From: Amoebidium appalachense
Taxonomy: Eukaryota > Protista > Ichthyosporea
Assembly: GCA_963693365.1 (NCBI GenBank)
Contig: CAVNZM010000009.1
Location: 6,664,171-6,728,170 of the forward strand
Direction: 5' to 3'
DNA: 64,000 nt
Numbering within the stretch: the stretch's first letter is position 1; the number at the start of each line of letters is the position of its first letter. A model generated the notes under the pieces. The model saw nothing but the letters and a program-made list of their open reading frames with translations, ran no database searches and was not told where the DNA came from. Below, one piece after another: positions 1 through 26,757 of the stretch. The position numbers and the translations under genes are program-made.

Positions 1-120
1 ATCGGAAGCGCGATCGGATGAGATTACGAGATTGGAAGCACAATCGAATGAAATCCCCAGATCGGAAACGGAGTCGCATGAGATTGCGGGATCGGAAATG
101 CAGGTGGATGAAACGGAAGT
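1..120 (+). repeat. Coding tandem repeat, 30-bp period, 4 copies (SEARSDEITR/LEAQSNEIPR/SETESHEIAG/SEMQVDETEV)
   Basis: AT(C/T)GGAA recurs at 1, 31, 61 and 91, with ATGA at a constant offset. Confidence 0.8.
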
Positions 121-802
121 GTCCCCGGACGATGAGGGCCAATCGATGCAGACGGAGGCTGGGCAAGTTGCAGTGGGAGATTTGGACCAATCGGAGAGGG
201 GAGATGATGTTGATCGGTTGGATGAAGGATCGGGGATTGGCGATTGGGGAGAGAGGGATAGCCAATTAGAGAAGATGGAAATTGCGGGTGTAGGGGAGAG
301 TGTGGTGGCACAGAGAGAAACAGGGAGCCAATCAGTGGGGTTGTTTCATGTTGGCCAATGGAAGGCGAGGATGGAAGGTGCCGGCGTCAGATTCGACGTG
401 GGGATGGTGGGAGAGCCAATCAGATGCAAGAGGAGGGTGGATGAGGCGTGGGGTTTGTATGAAAGGGAGGTGCAACGGGAGAATCCGGTGTATATGCAGC
501 ATAGGTGGCTAAGGATGAGGATAGACTGGGCTTCTGTATCGGAAAACGGTTGCGAAAACACTGGAATGTCGTCGGCACGGGACAGAGAACGGGATTTGGA
601 GCTGAGTAGCCACGACGGATGGAGAGGTCTGGGAGAAGCTGGACGGGTGGAGCTGGTTGGTCGGGCAGACAGGGACGAGATCAGGGAGAGGGGGGGTCTA
701 TGCAAGTGTGCAAATTGCAGGAGGGGGGGTACGGTGGATACTCCAGTGGTGGTTGGTGAGAAAGGTGGTGGAGGGGGATGGGGATCCCAAAGTGTTGAAT
801 GA
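1..802 (+). CDS. 3' large exon of uncharacterised multi-exon gene family, copy 0 (acidic repeats, HMG-box-like region, CKCANC); gene starts before the window
   Basis: Open 256-aa ORF (32..802, frame open from the window start). Closely similar to 8830-9620 (+) and to 16010-16560 (-). Segments KRRVDEAWGLYEREVQRENP and GWRGLGEAGRVELVGRADRDE resemble HMG helices 1 and 3. Confidence 0.6.
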   Translation, partial: SEARSDEITRLEAQSNEIPRSETESHEIAGSEMQVDETEVSPDDEGQSMQTEAGQVAVGDLDQSERGDDVDRLDEGSGIGDWGERDSQLEKMEIAGVGESVVAQRETGSQSVGLFHVGQWKARMEGAGVRFDVGMVGEPIRCKRRVDEAWGLYEREVQRENPVYMQHRWLRMRIDWASVSENGCENTGMSSARDRERDLELSSHDGWRGLGEAGRVELVGRADRDEIRERGGLCKCANCRRGGTVDTPVVVGEKGGGGGWGSQSVE

Positions 803-852
803 GTCGGTAGGTGATTTGGCGTTTTCGCTTTTCTATAACTTCCCCCCCCTTC

Positions 853-884
<32 letters not shown>

Positions 885-1088
885 TTTTTTCCTTCTTTAC
901 CTGTCCATGCGCAGCAGGATATAAATTGGTTGTGGGTGAGCTGAATTGGTTTAAACTCGGATATTGTTGGTGACATGTGCACCTGAGAATGGGCTGTTTT
1001 CGTCATTACCCATATTCCTTTTGTGTGCTCTGTGTTCTGTGTTCTGTTGCCCGTCATGAGTGTGTATGTCATACTCTGTCACAACGCT

Positions 1089-1143
<55 letters not shown>

Positions 1144-1214
1144 AAAAAAAAAAAAAGAAAGAAAGAAAAAGAAAAGAAAAGAAAAAGAAAGAAAGAAAGA
1201 AAGAAGGAAAATAA

Positions 1215-1245
<31 letters not shown>

Positions 1246-1855
1246 GCTTGTCTGCAGCACAGGGCGATTCTTGACTGCAAAAGAATGTATGATTTTTGTG
1301 GTTGCTTTTGGTTTTGTCGTCCTTACTATGTTTGCTTCCTTTTTTCCTGACCCTCCTACACATACATACAGCCTTTTACCCCGTTTGCACACACGTCTGC
1401 ACCGTTTTGCTCACATTGCTTGCATAAGCAACCCTGCTCGTCTTTGATCAAGACGGGTTGACCCGCCCAAGTTCAGTTGATGCTGCTGTCTGAGTTGGAG
1501 CGTCGTATATACGCGGGCTAAGGGGTCGAAACTCAGACGCAATTGATGACTTGGGTCCTCCCTGAGGATGGGCTCTGCTTATGACGCATACTGTGCACAT
1601 GGCTGATGTTGCATACTTGAATGTTTGCCTTTGCATGTGTCCTGCACCATGCTTCTCGTCGTGTATGCGTACTTCGTACCGTTTTCCGCATTCAAACCCC
1701 CCCCCCCCCCCCCCCCCCACCACCACCACCACCACCACCACCACCACCACACACACACACACATGCAAAAAACGTACACTTACATCCCACACACACACAC
1801 ACAGTAACAGGCACACACACAGTAACAGACACACACACACTAACAGACACACAAA

Positions 1856-1901
<46 letters not shown>

Positions 1902-2674
1902 CGAGCGCACGCGCGCACACACACACACACACATGCACACACATACAGGTGCAACAGCTTGCCATCACCCCTGCCCCCTCACTGAGTTCAGCCATCCACC
2001 TGATCCAGCAGCCTGGCAAAACTTTAAACGCTTTGTTTTCTAAAACACGTTTGACTGTAGGTTCGTTCTTTCTTTCTTTTTTCTTTCTTTCTTTCTTTCT
2101 TTTTTTTTTTTTTTTTGAAGTTGAATGCCGTTGGTTGGAACACATCTATTCTTAAATCCTTTTTTTTCATTCATTCTCGTATGGAATTAAGCATATTGTA
2201 CACCGTAATCTGTGATGTAAGTTTTACATGAGCTGATTTCGAGAGTCACAACAATATGCAGGTAGCGGTTACATATACAGTAGCTTTGTTTTACTGAAGT
2301 TTGCGTGTTTCACTATCGTAAAATCTGGATGTTGTCTATCGACCATACCGTGCTGAAGCCCGTGTTGTACATATGCTCGTCAAAAGTGGTTGATTTTTTG
2401 TATGTGCTACTGTTTAGAGGTGTATTTAAATAATGGTGTTCTGTGATGATTGTTGAAAGCTGCTGTCTTTATGAATGCGCATGGGAGTCTGGAGCTCATT
2501 ATATGGAATGTGCAGTGCCGGTGTATTGCACCCAAGATGTGGTTATCACGACCAGACTACATATGAACAGCATGCATATGGTAATCTCTTGTTACGTATA
2601 CAGCCCAAGTGTACATGGTAACTCGTGAATACAATTCACTAATAATATATCCTCAAATTTCTCGATGGCATGGC

Positions 2675-2827
2675 GGGGTGGGGACGGGCGGGGCTTGGGG
2701 GTGCTTTCCAACCCTTCCCCCACCTTCATTTCACGTTCCACCGATATCAACCCCCGTACACGTGTTGCAAAAAGTGTATGTCCCTACCTCCTCAGCGTTA
2801 ATTAAATTCCCTGCCCGTCCCCACCCC
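2675..2827. mobile_element. Small MITE-like element with ~19-bp inverted ends
   Basis: GGGGTGGGGACGGGCGGGG (2675-2693) vs CCCTGCCCGTCCCCACCCC (2809-2827), 18/19 complementary. No clear TSD. Confidence 0.4.
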
Positions 2828-2860
2828 CTCATTAAAAGTCCCCGCAATCCCCCTCCCCCC

Positions 2861-2916
<56 letters not shown>

Positions 2917-3263
2917 ATAGCTCAGACACACACGCACACAAGCCTTGAAATGGACCTATATAGCACTGGAAATTGTGTACACAATCACCCGAGGTTTTGA
3001 GTTACGTAACTCGGAACTCAAACCTCGGGAGTCCGAGCCGCAGTGGAAAACACCCGATGCCGTGAGACCGTGACAGAGCTTCTAGGTCTCTGTTTGTTGC
3101 AAGTAGCTGGAAAAGCTTTGGCCACTCTTCATAATTTAGTTTGTAAATGCAGAGCACCATGCTGTGACAGCCCGGGCCCATGCCAATTTTCTCATCCTCG
3201 CTTACGTAGGCATGCGACCTGAGCGGGCTCTGTAAAAAATGTATACTATAGCCATAGGCAAGG

Positions 3264-9620
<6,357 letters not shown>

Positions 9621-9966
9621 GTAGGTATGTGCTTTGGCGATTTCCCTTTTCTTTAAACTTCCCCCCCCCCCCCCCCCCTATTTTTTTTTTTTTTTTTTTT
9701 TTGCCGCATTCATGCTCAAGCGTAGTAGTATACCCCCCCCTTTTATTTTTCTTTTTTTTTTTTTTGCCGCATCCATGCTCAAGCGTAGTAGTATATGAGT
9801 TGGTTGTGCGCGAGGTGAAGTGTTTGAACCTCGGATTTTGTTGGTGACATACGCCCCTGAGGATGGGCTGTTTTCATTGTTACTCATATTCCTTTTGTGT
9901 GCTCTGTGTTCTGCGTTCTATTGCACGTCGTGAGTGTGTATGTTATACTCTGTGACACGTTCTGCC

Positions 9967-10008
<42 letters not shown>

Positions 10009-10247
10009 AAAAAAAAAAAAGAGGAAAAAAGGAAAGAAAAGAAAAGAAAAAAGAAAGAAAGAAAAGGGGGGGAGGGGGAAAAAGGGGGGGGGGGGGGGGG
10101 GGGGGGGCTCTGTCTGAAGCACAGGGCGATTCTTGACTGGAAAAGAATATGTATGATTTTGTGTTTGCTTTCGGTTTTGTCGTCTTTTATATGTTTGCTT
10201 CCATTTTTCCTCACCCTCCTACACATACATACACTCTTTTACCTCCC

Positions 10248-10282
<35 letters not shown>

Positions 10283-10284
10283 CG

Positions 10285-10371
<87 letters not shown>

Positions 10372-10465
10372 TGTACACACACATACACAAACACGCATGA
10401 ATAAACGTACACTTACATCCTACACACACGCACACGCACGCACTAACAGCCACACAAAAGTACTA

Positions 10466-10566
<101 letters not shown>

Positions 10567-10712
10567 ACAGCATGCCATCACCCCTGCCCCCTCACTGAGT
10601 GCAGCAATTCACGTGCTCCAGCAGCCCGGCTAAGCTTTAGACACTTGGGTTTTTTAAAACACGTTTTACTGTAGGTTATTTCTTTCTTCCTTCCTTCCTT
10701 CCTTCCTTTTTT

Positions 10713-10744
<32 letters not shown>

Positions 10745-11333
10745 TTCTTTCTTAAGTTGAAAGTTGTTGGTTTAAACTTAAAACACGTCTACCGTAGTCT
10801 CGCCTTTTTTTCCCACGTTGGTTCTCGTATGAAAGTAAGCATATTGTACACTGTAAACTGTGATATAAATCTTGACACGAGCTGAATTCGAGAGTCGCAA
10901 ACAATAAACAGGTAGCGGGTAGGTATACATTAACGTTTTTCGTAGTGAAGTTCGCTTGCTTCACCATCGTGAAAGTTTGAATGAAAGGTAAAATTTGAAT
11001 GTTGTCTATCGACCATACATTGAAGCCCGATTTTACAATGTACACATGCTCGTGAGTCATCCAGTCAGTCTGAGACAAGACTTTAAACCGATCTTACACA
11101 CAAACAAAGTCCAATCCGAATGGTGGTTCTGGCAGCTGGGGGCAGATGTGGCTTTCATATTGCATACATACCACGGCGATGTGTGCACATATTAAAGGCA
11201 CACCTGCCAACATGTGTGTGACTGTGTGAGTTTGTGTGTGTGTGTGTGTGTTGAGAGGGTGTAGGGGGGGGCGTATGAGTGCGTGCGCATGCGTGCGTGC
11301 GTGCATGTGTGTGTGTGTGCATCATGTGTGTGT

Positions 11334-11378
<45 letters not shown>

Positions 11379-11539
11379 CAGGGGCTGCACACATGTGTAT
11401 GTATATACATGTATGTGTATGTGTATGAATTTAGTCGATGTGTAAGCACGCGTGCACCCATGCGCGTGGCACTGCACGTGTGTCTGGGCATGTTTGCGCG
11501 TGCGCGTGGTGTTTGAGTATGATGCCAGATGTACATCTA

Positions 11540-11582
<43 letters not shown>

Positions 11583-12502
11583 GCTTGAGATCTCTCTCTT
11601 GAGATCAGACTCTCTCCCCCTCCCTCCCCCCACCCCTCTCTCTCCCTGTGTGTGTGTGTGTGTGCGTGCATGCGTGCATGCGCGCGGGCGGGCGCCCGCA
11701 CGCGGCGCGCGCGCGCGTGTGTGTGTCTGTGGGTGTTTGTGCATTATGATACTATGCATTTGTGTGTGCTTGACAATGCTTGCTCGTGTGTCCATACCGA
11801 TATGTTCGTCCGTGAGTTTCGCTGACTGTCTGTGTGTGCACAAGCAACATGTCCTTGTGCACATACGTCACTTTAATGTTTGCCCGTACCCGTGTCAATA
11901 GCATGTATAAGGTTTTTTGACTTTTCGATGGCATCGGCTAGTAGTTATTATTGGAAACCTTCCGCACCTTCCGCACCTTCCGCAACCCTCCCCACATTTT
12001 TTTTTTTTTTTTGTGTGTGTGTGGTGGTTGGGGGGGGGGGGGGGGGGGGGGGGGCAATGGCTAGTGTCAGACACTGTAAGCATGTAGCCTATAGCTTACC
12101 TTTAAAGATATGGATACATAATCGAAAGCCTCAGAATACCGACATATTTTTCCAATGGGATAATTATATTGTGACCGATTTCAGTCGTTGGTGGGTTCGT
12201 GGATGGGTTCCTTGGGGCCATCGGGTTCTTTGTGTGTGTGGGGGGGGGGGGGGGGGGGGGGGAGGGGGGGGGGGGGGGGGGGGGGGATGGGGGGGGAGGA
12301 GGGGGGAGGGGGGGGGGGGAGGGGGGGGGGGGGAGGGGGTGGGGGGAAGGGGGGTATTCGGGGGGGGGGGGGGGGGGGGGGGGGGAGGCTTCTTCCCAAT
12401 TGGTTGGTGGGTCCCCCCCCCTCCCTCACCCTCCCTCCCCAACACCCCCCTTCAAAACAGTTGGTGGTTCGAATCCCCCCAACCTTGAAGTTCAACTCCA
12501 AC

Positions 12503-12548
<46 letters not shown>

Positions 12549-12862
12549 TCCTCCCATTGGAACACTCAGAGGTGAAGGCAACCGTTGGTGGTGTGAGTGG
12601 TATAGTGTTAGCAATGCATTTCTATCTCACTAGCCGACAAAACATTGTCACTAGTAATTCGCGCCTTGTTCTGTGCAGCATCCCCCCTCCCCTCCCCCCT
12701 CCCCCCCCTCCCCCCTCTCCCCCCCCCCCCCCCCCCCCCCACAAATGATCTTAAATATCCACCAGGTTTGGTAGACCCTGTTATCTTATTTTTTGAAAAA
12801 AATCACTATTGATCTTAATTTCAGATTGGTCACCCCCTGTATATGATCATGACTACTGACTG

Positions 12863-13253
12863 TATCCAGCTCCAAGTACATGACTATCCAGCCCCAATTA
12901 TATGACTATCCAGCTCCAAGTATGACTATCCAGCTCCAAGTAAATGACCATCCAGCCCCAAATATATGACTGTCCAGCCCCATTTATATATATGCTATCC
13001 ACGGCTCCAAATATATGGCTATTCAGCTCCAAGTATATGCCTATCCAGCTCCAAATATATGACTATCCAGCTCCAATTATATGACTATCCAGCTCCGATT
13101 GTATGACTATCCAGCCCCAATTACGACTGTCCAGCTCCAATTACATGACTATCCAGCTCTCGGATATACACATGACTATCCAGCCCCAATACATAACTAT
13201 CCAGCTCCAAATATTTGACTATCCAGCTCCGATTGGATGACTATCCGGCTCCA
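12863..13253. repeat. Minisatellite, ~22-bp unit (ATGACTATCCAGCTCCAA + 2-4 nt), ~18 copies
   Basis: CCAGC(T/C)CC recurs every 20-27 bp. The period is not a multiple of 3 and no ORF spans it. Confidence 0.95.
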
Positions 13254-13618
13254 TGTCTCATAGTAAATGACTACCAAACTCATGATATATGACGATTTAG
13301 CCCCGGCCACATAAATGGGACTTTCTTAATGGGGAGTATCACCGCCGCTCGGTTAATAATGCCATTTTGGCTACAAATTAGTGGTCAGTCTAGGCTAAGT
13401 TCTTCCATATATGTACTTTGGCGGACCGTGGCTGGGTGAAATGGGGCAGGGTTTTGGTGACGGCGCCGGCATGACATTGTGAATGATTGGTGGTACCTGT
13501 GGAGACGGCCACAGTGGGGTGGGGTGGTGGGGGGTGCGGCGGGTGGGTGGGTGGTGGTGCTAGTGGTTGGGGGAGGTGGGGAGAAGGGGGAGGGGATGGG
13601 GCGAGGGAGGGGGGGGGG

Positions 13619-13654
<36 letters not shown>

Positions 13655-13981
13655 TGATGATTGACACCGATCTAATAAAATTAGTTGATGTTACTCTACG
13701 TTAGACATTTAACTAATGAGATACGTGATATCCATTTTTAGTCAAGTTACAAGAAGAATTCCATGCATTCCATTTAGAAATGCGGACATGGTCGTTATGA
13801 AAACGGGTGTGATCCCCCTGATATATATGTACCCAACACATACACATTTTGACGATCACTCCCTCACTGCGACTTGGTGCGCGTGCGGCACGGAGTAAAA
13901 ATAATAATAAAAAAGTTATCGGCGTCAATCATACAGCCCTGCAGCGCATGCCCCTCCCCCCCCCCCCCCCCCCCTCCCCCC

Positions 13982-14041
<60 letters not shown>

Positions 14042-14055
14042 AACAAACACACGCA

Positions 14056-14090
<35 letters not shown>

Positions 14091-14112
14091 ACACCCACAC
14101 CCACACACACAC

Positions 14113-14160
14113 AAAAAGGCACACACGCAAGAACTAGCCAAATTAGCATATTATATGCCG

Positions 14161-14191
<31 letters not shown>

Positions 14192-14231
14192 CACACACGC
14201 AAGAACTAGCCAAATTAGCATATGATATGCC

Positions 14232-14292
<61 letters not shown>

Positions 14293-14336
14293 AAGGCACA
14301 CACGGAAGAACTAGCCAAATCAGCGCTATATGCCGA
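14113..14336. repeat. Three copies of a ~48-bp unit separated by (CA)n tracts
   Basis: AAAAGGCACACACG(C/G)AAGAACTAGCCAAAT..GC...ATATGCCGA at ~14113, ~14185 and ~14291. Confidence 0.9.
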
Positions 14337-15007
14337 GAGAGAATCTGTAAGCGCAGCAAGATGGTATTTCCATTCAATATAGCTCTACAAAAGTGCCCAG
14401 CACTATTTAAAACTCTCCAACCACCAGATCTCATGATCAAAAGCAGATGGGCTAGGGGTGTGGGGCGATCTGCGAATATATGTACATTTACTTTACAAGA
14501 ATTTTCAGACTGGCCTAATTAGAGATAATATGGGCTCCCTGACAGCTCAACCATGTACAAAACAAGGCATGGCATTTCAAATTGCAATGATTACTGAAAA
14601 TGACAATTTTAGATTTTAACACAGACTTCATAACGGCTTTCGCAAATGTTAACCGTGAGTGAACAGTCAATTAGACTAAAGCATAAAAAAAAGCATGCGT
14701 GCTTATATGTTCATACAAATTTTGATAATCATAAGTATTCGGCATTAATCATGATTACCATCACACATGCTGCCTATTGCAGACCTTTCACCACTTATCT
14801 TTCAACTTTTATCATTCGTGATTAAATAAATTAACGAAACAACTGCTGGGAATATAGGGACGACTAATGGACGACTACAAAAATGGCCCTTTCACCAATG
14901 AATATATGTACAAACGCGGAACTTCGAAAAGTAACCCCCCCCCCCCCCCCCAAAAAAAAAAAAACCACCACCACGCCGCCGGCGCCACTCATCCACCAAC
15001 TCACACG

Positions 15008-15055
<48 letters not shown>

Positions 15056-15474
15056 AAAAAAAAAAAAACCCACCTCACCCCGCCCCCCGTCCCCCACGCC
15101 TACCTACACCCACACCCACAGAATCATAGACCAGAAATTGCAATCCAAGGCAAAAGGGCACAAGGAAGATGCCACCCAATCAGCAGTCCGCACGTCCCTT
15201 CTTCCTAGTTCCCTGAGGGTGAAAGGAAAAAACGAAAAGAAAAAGGAAAACCAAGAACGGAAGAAAAACGAAATGATGAGAATATCGGTTTTTTGGGGTT
15301 ACCGAATAATGCAACATGCCATTCACAGGTTCATGGTGATTGAGCATGGATCAAACAGCCGCACTAACGTCTTAACAACGGTTTCTTTTCTGCAAATTAA
15401 ATTTGATTTTATCAGGTTCAATGCAGCTCCTCCTTCTCCCCCCCCCCCTCCCCCCCCCCCCCCCCCCACCACCA

Positions 15475-15586
<112 letters not shown>

Positions 15587-15799
15587 GTATAGGCCTGTCA
15601 CCCGGTGTGTGTACACGTGTGCTACTAACATTAGCACATGCACACGTGTGTGTGTGTTCGGTACACATGTGTCTGGGTACGTAGAGTGGTTTCTACGTAT
15701 GCTTAACTTGAACAAAAGGCGAGTTTGTCTGTTGTCCACTTCAGGATGGTGGTGGTGGTGGTGTGTGTGTGTGGTGTGTGTGTGTGTGTGTGTGCGTGC

Positions 15800-15862
<63 letters not shown>

Positions 15863-15935
15863 CATGTACACGTGCACGTGCGCGCGTATGTATGTGTTGG
15901 GGAGGGGGAGGGGGGGTTAAAACATAAGCACTCAC

Positions 15936-22700
<6,765 letters not shown>

Positions 22701-23430
22701 CCTCGCCTATGGTTACATCTCAGCCAGAACCCACTCAGATAGTATGCCTCGTTTAGCAAAGACAAAAAAAAATCTCGTATACGGCTGGGCTGTCACAGCA
22801 TGCTATTCTGCATGAAACCATTAGATTATGAAGACTATCGAAAAATGCCTGCAAGTGCATTGAACATGAGCTGACACTATGATCAACCTGTCTCGAGGAG
22901 CTTTGTTCTGAGCTCTGCTGTACAGCTGCTGCAGCTGCAGTTTTGTGTTTGCGCAATCCGAACTCATGAACACCCGAGGTTTGTGACGTAATCGTTAGCA
23001 GCCGCACGGCCTTTGTACCCACATGTGAAACGTTGGTCACTTGTGTGTTTTCTTTTCTTCAACTTATTATTTTCCACCCCCTTTCTTTTTCTTAACTAAG
23101 TTAGCTTTTTGTTGGGAGTGCCGGGTACATTCTGGTGGCGGTGTCCGACATTCTCTCCTTGAAGCGTTGGAACTTTGTGAGGGAGAGGGAGTTGGAACTT
23201 ACGTCACAGTGGAGGGAGCTCCTAGAGCCGGCGCACGAGGGGCCGGGGGCCCAGGAGGGGGGGAAAAGGAGGGAGGGGGGTGGGTCCCGGAGGGAAGGAA
23301 GGGGGTGGGGAGTAGGGGTAGGGAGGGGGTGGGGGGCTTTGGAGAGGACAATACACGGCTCATCAACGGTTATGGGGGGGCGGAGGGGTGAGAGGGAGGG
23401 TTTGTTGGGGTGGGGACAGGGGGGGGGGTG

Positions 23431-23467
<37 letters not shown>

Positions 23468-23613
23468 AGGGAGAAGACTTAGAGAGCCTCGGGGAGAGAA
23501 AGCTAGTGGCTGAGAGACAAAGTGCAGGTGTGTGTCTTTGTGTGTGTGTGTCACAGTGTTCCTTCGCAGGGGGATGAGAGAGTCACGGTGTGTGTGCACA
23601 CGAGACTGGAAAA

Positions 23614-23652
<39 letters not shown>

Positions 23653-23919
23653 AGGGGGGGGGGGAGGGCTCCAAGGAAGAGGGAGAGAAGGACTCTAAAG
23701 GGAGGGTAGGGAGTCTAGAAAGAGAGAGAGAGAGAAAGAGAGAGGGTGAAGACGAGGGGGGAGATGGGAGTGGACTCCGAGGGAACAAGGGGAGGGAGGG
23801 GGGTCCGGAGGTAGCAAGGGAGGGACTCGGAGGGAGAATCTGAGAGAGAATGAGAGAGAGAGAGCGACTCTGTGAGGGGGAGAAAGCGAGGCCCGTAGTC
23901 GGAGAGAGGGGGAAAGCTC

Positions 23920-24006
23920 TGAGAGCGAGTGAGAGAGAGAGAGATAACGAGGAGAGAGAGAGAGACTCGCGAGGGAGGGGGGAGAGAGGGGGGGGGAGGG
24001 GGGGGG

Positions 24007-24089
<83 letters not shown>

Positions 24090-24115
24090 GGAGATGAGAG
24101 AGAAAGAGAGCAAGA

Positions 24116-24178
<63 letters not shown>

Positions 24179-24211
24179 GGAGATAGAGAGAGAGAAAGAG
24201 AGCAAGAGAGG

Positions 24212-24266
<55 letters not shown>
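23920..24266. repeat. Compound (GA)n microsatellite with an internal duplicated spacer
   Basis: Long GA tracts interrupted twice by GACTTGGAGAT..GAGAAAGAGAGCAAGAGAGGG. Confidence 0.95.
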
Positions 24267-24269
<3 letters not shown>

Positions 24270-25199
24270 GAGAGATGTGAGTATAGAGCAACTGTGGCCT
24301 GGAGTGATGGCGTCTAACACACGACGAGTATAGCACGCTGTGGATGTATAAATAACTTAGTGACACCGCCTGGTTGGGCTGATCAGAACGATCGTCCCGG
24401 CAGTGCATTACCGTGAGTCTCAGTGACTAGGAAGATGCCTGCCTGTGTGCCAGCAGCGAAGCAAGTGCATGACTACGTGCGGTCAGATAGTCAGCTAGTG
24501 ATGGGAATTGCTGCATGATCTGTGTGCTAGTAGGCTACGGTCATTTTCGGGCAGCCATGATCGTCATGATCATTACTGACTCCGACCGTCTACGGTGGCA
24601 TCCTTGAGCATCGGCGGCAGTTGCCGTGAGCATTCAGTGATGACAGTGTGCCCTGTCACAGTCTCAAGATCACTAAAGCTTTAGGTCGTTACTTGCTTAC
24701 AGTATCATGATATCGCCACTTCCCCGGGTCCCCTCCCCTGCCCCATCCTACGGCGTGTACGTGTGAGGTGTACAATGATGCTCAGCTTGTAACGTCCATC
24801 TAGTTGAGGTTCTGAGTCAGTTACGTCGGAATATGAATGTCACGGTACCTTCAACTGGTGGGAGTTATTGTTGGCCTTGGTGGCAGGTGCTCTCATGACG
24901 ACGAGTTGAACAGCACTCTCCTTCCCCCATCCCCCCCTCACAATCCCCCCGGGCCCCCCCCAACCGGCCTTTCCGAATGCTACCCGCCCATCCACTGCCC
25001 CACGCGCACACACACCATGACACACAACACACACACACGCACACGCACACACACACACACACAAGCCAATGTCTCCTTATCACCCAAAGAGGCATCCCAG
25101 GCTTGCCAAACACACACCGTCACAGACACTGGCGGCGCTGACGATTATTAATGCTATAATTAGCTTTTTTCTTTTTCTTTTGCACAGTTTCACTTCATC

Positions 25200-25320
<121 letters not shown>

Positions 25321-25371
25321 CTTGAGATTTTTTTATCACGAGTGATCCACGGTGCCTCGCACGCGGTGGCT

Positions 25372-25753
25372 CACGTGCACCCGAAGTTGCCGAAAAACAA
25401 AATGTTCTATCTAGCTTGTGAATTCCGCCTGCTGGATTTACATGTAGCTATTTACCTTACCAAGAAGTATTTGTTTGGAGAGTGCGCTTGTAGACTTCAG
25501 CAATCTAGCATGCTCAGTGGGGGGCGGGCCGCGACCACCCAATAGGATACTGAGTTTGTCACATTTTTGCATTTTTATACGCGAATGGATCAGCGCCGCT
25601 TTGTTCTTGCAGCTTTTGCACGTCAAAAAGTCGAATAGAATGAATATTCACACAAGCTGGCTGTAAAATAATAGCTACACAATGAATTCTTTTTTTTTAG
25701 TAACAACATTCATTCTTTTCCGGCTTCGTGTTTCGGCAACTCGGAGTCCCGTG
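25372..25753. mobile_element. Possible MITE with imperfect ~26-bp CACG-terminated inverted repeats
   Basis: Left end CACGTGCACCCGAAGTTGCCGAAAAAC; reverse complement of the right end CACGGGACTCCGAGTTGCCGAAACAC. AT-rich interior. No TSD seen. Confidence 0.35.
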
Positions 25754-26554
25754 CCTAACAGTGCGCGCCGTCACAGTCACGTTCATGCCGGTGCGCGTTG
25801 CGATCATACGCCGGCACCGGATACATACCGGAGAAAGAGAAGGAGTCAACACATTCGGGATTGGTTAAAAAAATTTCAAATGGGCCAAATATGGCTATTT
25901 CACGCATTATTGGTTTTGCCCGGCTCGGCGAGCGCTGCGAAAGTCCCGGTGAGGGAGTATCAGGGTTTCAATCGGATCCTGCCAGCGGCTGCTAGCGCCT
26001 GAGAGCTGAGGCACACGTCAAGTCGTCATGATCAAGTGCCCGGGAGAGTTCAAAGTCGGGCAACGGGTATAAAAGTGAGAGAGTCACGAGTATATTTAGC
26101 GCAAAACCCAGAATTTCAGCAAGCAATATTATAATATTCATTGTGTTAATAGCCCATAAATCATCGCACATGCTTCAGGAACACCGTGAGATATCGACGC
26201 CACGCAAGCTAAGTTAGAATTTCAGCCCTGGATCCGAAGCAGCTCACGCGCGGCCCCGGGGTCAGGGCCCGGGTGTCGGCTTTTGGCAATGATTCCAACG
26301 CTGCGCCGTCCTTATCCTGCTTGAATGAAAGGGTTTTTTTTGTCTGGTTTAATAGAATGAAGTAACAGTCACATAAGTTCTTAAAACATCATTATTAATA
26401 CTGCAAGAAATATAACTTTGCTTCTTTAAAGTCAAGTATACAGTATGCAGGTGGCATATGCTTCGTGAAATGAAACATGATGCATTGCTCCGCGGCCGTC
26501 AAAACATCCGGCAGAAGTCAGGGGGGAACACTCGGCGATTCGCCTGCATGATCT

Positions 26555-26757
26555 TGTAACCAATCAAACCCGGCCTCACGTGTAAAGCAGGTTGGCCCGG
26601 CCCGGCACTCAATCGGCCTTGAACCACGGTGGACTCTCAACGTTACTTTGTGTTTGAGCAACAAGAGGAGGGACGAGCACAGAGAGAACTTCGAAGGGGG
26701 GAGAATACCTGTGTCTGTGCGCCTACCTGTTCACGTGGAGAAGCGATGGAGGTAAGC
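26555..26757 (+). promoter_or_regulatory. Candidate promoter and first exon of the C-clamp gene
   Basis: CCAAT at ~26560, CACGTG at ~26577, a GC-rich stretch, then a purine-rich segment ending ATGGAG|GTAAGC (strong donor at 26752). Assignment to this gene is inferred from position only. Confidence 0.3.

Noticed and set aside
12390-12490. tRNA or SINE suggested by GGTTCGAATCC (12466-12476)
   Set aside because: No cloverleaf or properly spaced A-box. The surroundings are homopolymer runs.
12863-13253. CRISPR-like array
   Set aside because: The intervening sequences are only a few nt and non-unique, the repeats are degenerate, there are no cas genes, and the context is eukaryotic.
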